The notes below the pieces were generated by a model. The model searched no databases and had not been told where the DNA came from. It was given only the letters and a program-made list of their open reading frames with translations. Position numbers and translations under genes: made by a program. From the NCBI GenBank assembly GCA_041752695.1, contig JBGSVZ010000046.1, positions 13,083 to 77,082 of the forward strand: DNA of 64,000 nucleotides. Direction: 5' to 3'. The first letter of the stretch is position 1, and each line of letters starts with the position of its first letter. Origin of the DNA: Terrimicrobiaceae bacterium. GTDB taxonomy: Bacteria; Verrucomicrobiota; Verrucomicrobiia; Chthoniobacterales; Terrimicrobiaceae. Positions 57,991 through 64,000 of this stretch are shown here, in pieces.

Positions 57991-58070
57991 GGATTCAGAT
58001 TTAAGAATTAAGTTTTAAGCGCGACACCTTCACGGACGCCCCTTAAAACTTAGTTTTCAAACTCAACACT
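57991..58070. repeat. AT-rich heptamer-periodic inverted repeat between fabH and tatD
   Basis: TAAGTTTTAAG (58009-58019) and CTTAAAACTTA (58042-58052) are exact reverse complements within 7-periodic runs. Confidence 0.6.
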
Positions 58071-58071
58071 C

Positions 58072-58938
58072 ATGTTGATCGACACCCACGCTCACCTCGA
58101 CTACCCAGACTTTGCGGCGGATCTTGACGATGTCCTCGCGCGGGCGAAAGAAGCCGGGGTGACGAGAATCATCACCATCGGCACCGGATTGGAGAGCAGC
58201 CGCCGCGCCGTCGCGCTTGCCGAGAAATATCCCCATGTTTACGCGGTCGTCGGCGTTCATCCGACCAACGTTCTGGACGAACCCGCCGACGTTTTTGAGC
58301 CCCTGAAAGAGCTCGCGAGCCACCCCAAGGTCGCGGCCATCGGGGAGACCGGTCTCGATTACCAACACCTTCCCAGCGAGACGCGGGCACAATCCTCCCC
58401 CGCCATGGCGGCACTCCAGGCGGAAGTGCCGGCAGATCTCGAAGCGTCGGTCATGGACGGAGCCTACCGACAGGCCCAGGCGGACGCGTTTCGCGTGCAG
58501 CTTGATCTCGCGCAAGAACTTGGTCTCAATGTCGTCATTCACCAGCGCGATGCCTGGGACGATACGCTGGACATTCTCCAAGCGTACACCGGCAAGGTGC
58601 GGGGGGTTTTCCATTGCTTTGGGAACAGGCCCGATCAGGCCGAGGCTGTGATCGCGCTGGGCCACCTTGTTTCCTTCACCGGAATCATCACTTTTAAAAA
58701 CGCCGCCCTCGTCCGCGAGACTGCGGCAACCATCCCCGCGGAAGCGTTCATGGTGGAGACCGATTGTCCTTATCTCGCTCCCGCGCCATACCGCGGCAGC
58801 CGCTGCGAACCCTGGCACACCCGACTTGCCGCGGAAAAAGTCGCGGAAGTGCGCCAACAAACTTTGGAGGAAATCGCCCGGCAGACGACCCGCACTGCCG
58901 AAGCCTTTTTCCGCCTGCATGTGGACGATCGGCAATAA
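58072..58938 (+). CDS. tatD: TatD family hydrolase/nuclease
   Basis: DTHAH, GVHP, AIGETGLDY, IH.RDA, FHCF, ETDCPYLAP. Confidence 0.92.
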   Translation: MLIDTHAHLDYPDFAADLDDVLARAKEAGVTRIITIGTGLESSRRAVALAEKYPHVYAVVGVHPTNVLDEPADVFEPLKELASHPKVAAIGETGLDYQHLPSETRAQSSPAMAALQAEVPADLEASVMDGAYRQAQADAFRVQLDLAQELGLNVVIHQRDAWDDTLDILQAYTGKVRGVFHCFGNRPDQAEAVIALGHLVSFTGIITFKNAALVRETAATIPAEAFMVETDCPYLAPAPYRGSRCEPWHTRLAAEKVAEVRQQTLEEIARQTTRTAEAFFRLHVDDRQ

Positions 58939-60892
58939 AATCATGCTCGGCTATGCCGTCTGCATGGCCACCTTGATCATCTTCGGGGCACTCGCCCTCC
59001 TCGTGCTCGGCCGCCTCACCGAAGCGCTCGACCAGCGAAGCACCCAACGCGAGTTGCTGATGGAGTTAAATCAGGTTTTTTCCGCCCTGCAGGATGCCGA
59101 GACCGCCCAACGCGGTTACGTCCTCACCGGCCAGGTGGAATACCTCGCCCCTTACGAGCGGGCCAAAAGCAAGCTTCCCCGCCACCTAAACCAACTGGGA
59201 ATTATCGCCGTCGAAAAGGGAAATGCGCCCGCCATCACCGCCCTCCGTCAGTCGGCCGAGGCGAAACTCGCCTTTGTCGAAACTGTCATTATCGTGCGGA
59301 GGACCGGCGGCTTTGCTGCGGCCTCTGCTCTCGTCGCCTCCGGAGAGGGAAACCGGCTGATGGATACGGTCCGCACCCGGATGGACTCCCTGGAAATCCG
59401 GGAAAGGCGGATCTTTTCCGACCTCATCAGCCATTCCGAACAAAATACCCTCCTCCTCCAGCGCATCATTCTCTGGGGCGTTCCCATCGCCATCACCATT
59501 CTTGCCCTCACAGGCCTCCTCGTGTCCCGTCACATCACCGAACCCATCACCCAAATTACGGACGAGGCGAGACGCATTGAGGACGGCGATCTGGCGGTTC
59601 CGCTGGCTCCAACGCGACGCCAAGATGAAGTCGGCCAGCTCATGCGGACCTTCGAGAACATGCGGTCCGCGCTGGAAGAAAACCGCCAGGAGCTTCTCGC
59701 CCGAAATGAATCCCTCAGCGCTCTGAACAACCAACTGGAGGAACTCACCCTCGCGAAATCTGAGTTTCTTGCCATGATGAGTCACGAGATTCGCACCCCG
59801 CTCCACGGACTGGCCGGTTATACCAATCTGCTCGCGGAAACCCCGCTGAACGACCAGCAACGCGACTACCTCGCCATCATTCGTGCCAGCGGGAAATCTC
59901 TCCTCACCGTGATCAACGATGTCTTGGATTTTTCCAAAATCGAGGCGGGAAAACTTCTCCTCGAACGCGAAGTTTTCGAGATCGCGCGCTCCCTGCGTGA
60001 GATTTGCGAACTTTTCCGACCCGCCGCCACGGACAATGGCACCGTCATCGAATGGCAGGGGGACCCGGCCCTTCCAGCTCATGCTCTGGGAGATTCCTCC
60101 CGTCTCAGGCAGGTGTTGTCCAACCTGGTCTCCAATGCCGTCAAATTCACCCGCAATGGGCGGGTCTCCATCACTGCCACGCGGGGCGAAATTCCCGGTT
60201 CCGAAGCGTTTCTTTTGCAGATCTCCGTCGCGGATAATGGCATCGGTATCCCTCCGGAAAAACGCGGGCAACTCTTCGGCTCTTTCGAACAACTTGGCTC
60301 CTCGACCTCGCGAAAACACGGCGGCAGTGGCCTCGGGCTGGCCATCAGCAAACGCCTTTGCGAACTGATGGGAGGCCGCATTCGCGTGGACAATCACGTC
60401 AAGGAGGGTTCGACGTTTCATTTTGAGGTGCGATTGGAGCCGGCTTCCGAGCAGGGCATGCTCACCGCTGGTGGCGGGGCAGACCTCAACGCTCTCAACA
60501 TCGACGAACTCCAGGGATGCCGCGTCCTCATCGCAGAGGACAATCCCGTCAACGCCTCGCTGCTTTCTCTCTATCTCAAAAAGCACGGTCTCGCTGCTGC
60601 GGTCGCCGGCAACGGCCGGAAAGCCGCCGAAAAGGCCCGCGACGCGGATCTGATTTTTATGGATGTGCAGATGCCCGAGATGGACGGCGTCGAGGCCGCT
60701 CAGCTGATCCGGAAATCTTTCGGACCATCCCATCCCTACATCATCGCCCTCACCGCCGAGGCCATGAAGGGGGACGCCGAGAAATGTCTCCGTGCGGGCA
60801 TGAACGACTATCTCGCGAAACCCTTCAAACCCCGCGATCTCGATCTTGCGCTCGCGAAATATTGCAGCCATCGCGCAAGACAGGCATCCTGA
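58919..60892 (+). CDS. Hybrid sensor histidine kinase (CHASE3-HAMP-HisKA-HATPase-receiver)
   Basis: DAETAQRGYVLTG (CHASE3), DEVGQL (HAMP), MSHEIRTPL, NAVKFT, GSGLGL, LIFMDVQMPEMDG. Confidence 0.9.
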   Translation: MWTIGNKIMLGYAVCMATLIIFGALALLVLGRLTEALDQRSTQRELLMELNQVFSALQDAETAQRGYVLTGQVEYLAPYERAKSKLPRHLNQLGIIAVEKGNAPAITALRQSAEAKLAFVETVIIVRRTGGFAAASALVASGEGNRLMDTVRTRMDSLEIRERRIFSDLISHSEQNTLLLQRIILWGVPIAITILALTGLLVSRHITEPITQITDEARRIEDGDLAVPLAPTRRQDEVGQLMRTFENMRSALEENRQELLARNESLSALNNQLEELTLAKSEFLAMMSHEIRTPLHGLAGYTNLLAETPLNDQQRDYLAIIRASGKSLLTVINDVLDFSKIEAGKLLLEREVFEIARSLREICELFRPAATDNGTVIEWQGDPALPAHALGDSSRLRQVLSNLVSNAVKFTRNGRVSITATRGEIPGSEAFLLQISVADNGIGIPPEKRGQLFGSFEQLGSSTSRKHGGSGLGLAISKRLCELMGGRIRVDNHVKEGSTFHFEVRLEPASEQGMLTAGGGADLNALNIDELQGCRVLIAEDNPVNASLLSLYLKKHGLAAAVAGNGRKAAEKARDADLIFMDVQMPEMDGVEAAQLIRKSFGPSHPYIIALTAEAMKGDAEKCLRAGMNDYLAKPFKPRDLDLALAKYCSHRARQAS

Positions 60893-60897
60893 CCAGT

Positions 60898-61389
60898 ATG
60901 CCCTCATTTGATATCGTATCCGAAGTGGACCGCATGGAGGTCAAAAACGCCGTGGACCAGGCCCTCAAGGAACTGGCCACCCGCTTTGATTTCAAAGGAG
61001 TCCAATCCACCATCGTCATCGACGCCAAGACGGGGTCCATTCATCTCACCGTGGACAACGGGGCACTTCTCAAAGCGCTTCGCGAAATTGTCACCGCCCG
61101 GCTGGCGAAACGGGGCATCGACCTCCGCAACGTGGAGCAAAAGGACGCCGAGATCTCCCCGCTCGGTCACTCCCGGCAGGAGCTTGCCATCAAACAGGGC
61201 CTCGACGGAGATAAGGCCAAGGAAATCACCAAGGCCATTAAAAATCTCGGCTTGAAAGTGCAAGCCTCCCTACAGGATCGCCAGGTTCGCGTCACCGGAA
61301 CCAAACGCGATGACCTCCAGCGTGTCATCGCCTCCCTGCGCTCTGCTGATCACGGCGTGGCCCTCGGGTTTACCAACTTCCGCGACTAA
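60898..61389 (+). CDS. yajQ: YajQ family nucleotide/c-di-GMP-binding protein
   Basis: MPSFDIVSEVD, RFDFKG, RVTG.KRDDLQ, NFRD. Confidence 0.93.
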   Translation: MPSFDIVSEVDRMEVKNAVDQALKELATRFDFKGVQSTIVIDAKTGSIHLTVDNGALLKALREIVTARLAKRGIDLRNVEQKDAEISPLGHSRQELAIKQGLDGDKAKEITKAIKNLGLKVQASLQDRQVRVTGTKRDDLQRVIASLRSADHGVALGFTNFRD

Positions 61390-61466
61390 TCGCAGCTGCG
61401 ATCTCGCACCGGAACCTGCATCCCTATTGTCATTCACCGCGCTTTTTCTCAAGCTCACCTCCCCTG

Positions 61467-62003
61467 ATGGATATCGTCTATTTCGACCTTGAAACGCAGC
61501 GCACGGCCAACGACGTGGGCGGGTGGGACAAGAAGGCAGAAATGGGAATGTCCCTCGGTGTCACCTACAGCACGAAGGACGGGATTTACGAGATCTTCTC
61601 GGAAAAGCGCGCCGATGACCTCGTCTCGCGCCTGCAACGCGCGGATCTGGTGGTGGGCTACAATATTGTCGGCTTCGACTACGAAGTGCTGATGGCCTAC
61701 ACTGTATTGGATCTGCCGCACAATCTGCCCACCCTTGACCTCCTCCTCGAGGTTGAAAAATCCATCGGCCACCGGCTGAAGCTGGAGGATGTCGCCCAAG
61801 GGACCCTGGGCGTTGGAAAAGTCGCGGAGGGTCTCGACGCCATCCGCTGGTGGCGGGAGGGAAAAATGATGGAAATCGCGGAATACTGCTGTTTCGACGT
61901 GAAAGTGACGAAATTGGTCCACGAGCATGGCGCGAAAAACCGTGAACTTTTTTACACCGATCGCTTCGGCCGACGCCAACGCATGGAGGTGACCTGGACA
62001 TGA
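61467..62003 (+). CDS. RNase H-like DEDD 3'-5' exonuclease (RNase_H_2/YprB-like)
   Basis: FDLET (ExoI), GYNI..FD (ExoII), YC..DV (ExoIII). Confidence 0.8.
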   Translation: MDIVYFDLETQRTANDVGGWDKKAEMGMSLGVTYSTKDGIYEIFSEKRADDLVSRLQRADLVVGYNIVGFDYEVLMAYTVLDLPHNLPTLDLLLEVEKSIGHRLKLEDVAQGTLGVGKVAEGLDAIRWWREGKMMEIAEYCCFDVKVTKLVHEHGAKNRELFYTDRFGRRQRMEVTWT

Positions 62004-63283
62004 TTCAACCCGTCAAATCGTCGAAGACCACATGGTTCGTCTATTGGGTCGATCTCGAGGAACCCGTTCCCGGGCAAGGCAAAGACTATTTCCTGCCCAC
62101 CCTTCTGATCATTTGCGACTCCTCGGGCGCGCCCCTGGCGGCACCCGAGATCCTCGAAGAACTCGATCAGGTACGGGTGGAAAATTTTCTCGTTCGACTT
62201 TTCGATCGTCTGGGCCCTCCCCATCGCCTGGCAATTTGTCAAAGTGACGATTGGGAGGAGGAAGGGTGGAAGGAATTTTCGGAGGACCACGGGGTGGAGA
62301 TCCGGTTTCAGCGTTTTGACAACGACGTCCCGGCCGCCTTTCGCGCTCTGACTCGCACGGTCGTCCTGCGTTTTTCCCGCGAGTTGCACGAGATTCCAGA
62401 TCGGGCGGAAATCGCCCGGGGCCTCGTCAATACCGCAATGCGCGTCCGATCGGCGCAAAAGAAACTCACGCTGCTTCGGCTGGCTTTGGAGCAGGACGCA
62501 GATTGTTCCGCCGCCCGCGTCGAACTGGCCGATCTCGATTTCCAGGCAGGAAATTGGAAAAATTGCATGGCAGCCTACGAAGAGGTGATCTCCCGGGAGA
62601 CCCCGCGCTGGCAGGAAACTCCCGCCGGCTGGTGGAGCGATCTCGAAACCCGGCCATTTCTGCGTGCCCTCTATGGACGCGGCATGACTCTGTGGCATGA
62701 AGGCCACCACGGCACCGCAGCGGAGCAGTTTGAAAATCTCCTCGATCTGAATCGGCAGGACAACCAGGGCGTGCGATTTTTCATTCCGCTGCTCCGACTC
62801 CTGGCGGAAGAGCCGGAATCCGCCGCCGCATTTTTCGAGCGCTACGAAAAGGAATACCAAGGAGATTATCCCGAGCCTTCGTTTTCCTTTGGCTGGGCCC
62901 TCACCCTTTCCCTCTGCGGCATGGAAAGCGAAGCTAAAGCGAAATACCGGGAGGGCATTCTCAAAAATCTCTACATCGCTCCCATGCTTTTAGAAGAAGG
63001 CGCGGAGCCGCCCCGCAATCTCTGGCATCCCAACGACCGGGCCGAACCCAACTACGCCGCAGAATTTATTGATTCGTATGCGGTCCTCTGGGACCGCGAG
63101 CCAGGCGCACTTCGCTTGCTGCGCGAGACTTGGGAAGAACTCGCCCCAATCATCCGGGAAATTCTCTCGCTGAGGGCGCAGATGCTGGATTTCCAAGACC
63201 AGCGGTACGAACCGGACTACAAGAAGGTCTGGCAAACATTCGTCGAACAAGACGAACAATTGACGAAAGCAGTCGAAGAATAA
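62000..63283 (+). CDS. TPR-like repeat protein, function unknown
   Basis: W...ETRPFLRA, L.LN..DNQGVR helical-repeat motifs; ATGA overlap with the exonuclease. Confidence 0.6.
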   Translation: MIQPVKSSKTTWFVYWVDLEEPVPGQGKDYFLPTLLIICDSSGAPLAAPEILEELDQVRVENFLVRLFDRLGPPHRLAICQSDDWEEEGWKEFSEDHGVEIRFQRFDNDVPAAFRALTRTVVLRFSRELHEIPDRAEIARGLVNTAMRVRSAQKKLTLLRLALEQDADCSAARVELADLDFQAGNWKNCMAAYEEVISRETPRWQETPAGWWSDLETRPFLRALYGRGMTLWHEGHHGTAAEQFENLLDLNRQDNQGVRFFIPLLRLLAEEPESAAAFFERYEKEYQGDYPEPSFSFGWALTLSLCGMESEAKAKYREGILKNLYIAPMLLEEGAEPPRNLWHPNDRAEPNYAAEFIDSYAVLWDREPGALRLLRETWEELAPIIREILSLRAQMLDFQDQRYEPDYKKVWQTFVEQDEQLTKAVEE

Positions 63284-63406
63284 CGGTCCGTCCCATCGCG
63301 TCGCGATGATTTCAGGCCGGGGACGGCGGACGATCAGATCATCTTATCAGCGCCTTCTCCCCAGACGGAGCTGCGTCAATCGGACAAAACTCCGAGCGAT
63401 CTGGGC

Positions 63407-63448
63407 AAAAAAAGGACCCCGTCACCTGCTTTCGCAGATGACGGGGTT
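63407..63448 (-). terminator. Rho-independent terminator of the rRNA operon
   Basis: Minus strand ACCCCGTCATCTGC-GAAA-GCAGGTGACGGGGT hairpin followed by CC and a T7 tract. Confidence 0.85.
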
Positions 63449-63451
63449 AAC

Positions 63452-63566
63452 TCTGGCAACGACCTACTCTCGCACAAGCTATACAAGCACTACCATCGGA
63501 GCTATGACGTTTCACTTCCGTGTTCGGGATGGGAACGGGTGGGACAGTCATGCAAGGATCACCAGA
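63452..63566 (-). rRNA. rrf: 5S ribosomal RNA
   Basis: Minus strand ACCCGTTCCCATCCCGAACACGGAAGTGAA...GATGGTAGT...GAGAGTAGGTCG, complementary ends; boundaries approximate. Confidence 0.95.
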
Positions 63567-63697
63567 CTTCGGGGTTGTCCCCGGGTGTCTGACGACCGCT
63601 ATCTTTGCCAATCTTCCAAAGAGCGTATCCGCTCTCTGACAACCGCATACATGGTAAATGTACAACTTCAAGTTTCTGAATCTGCATGATTCGAAGA

Positions 63698-64000
<303 letters not shown>

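Overview
GC-rich bacterial chromosome segment, most likely Verrucomicrobiota (Spartobacteria/Chthoniobacterales-like; inferred from gene families and repeat styles, not from a search). It is mostly core genome. Left to right: the 5' part of an sbcD-like nuclease; a vapBC module; a large minus-strand respiratory cluster (caa3-type oxidase ctaC/D/E, a subunit-IV-like membrane protein, a lipoprotein cytochrome c, a Rieske protein, a cytochrome b-c fusion, and a CtaG-polyferredoxin fusion). That cluster is interrupted by a ~3.2 kb insert carrying a sulfatase and a PhyH dioxygenase, the latter bracketed by inverted repeats and a transposase relic. Then come a TetR/NemR-like oxidoreductase operon with two visible operators, padR-gyrI-like, a second vapBC, feoAB plus a Cys-rich peptide under a Fur-like box, rsfS/nadD, transporters, alr, actP, a DUF4160/DUF2442 pair, ffh-rpsP-khpA, an isolated nuoGH pair, eutBC and eat each with a sigma54-type promoter, aat, guaA followed by a pseudogenised nucleotidyltransferase module, coaD-yceD-rpmF-plsX-fabH-tatD, a CHASE3 hybrid kinase, yajQ, a DEDD exonuclease-TPR pair, and the 3' end of an rRNA operon (5S and the 3' end of 23S). 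Several classes of short repeat elements (heptamer, nonamer inverted repeats, REP-like palindromes, TGACCC-ended repeats) are scattered through the window. No CRISPR array, tRNA or intact transposase/integrase was seen. All product calls come from motif recognition by eye; start codons were adjusted manually where the ORF track over-extends.
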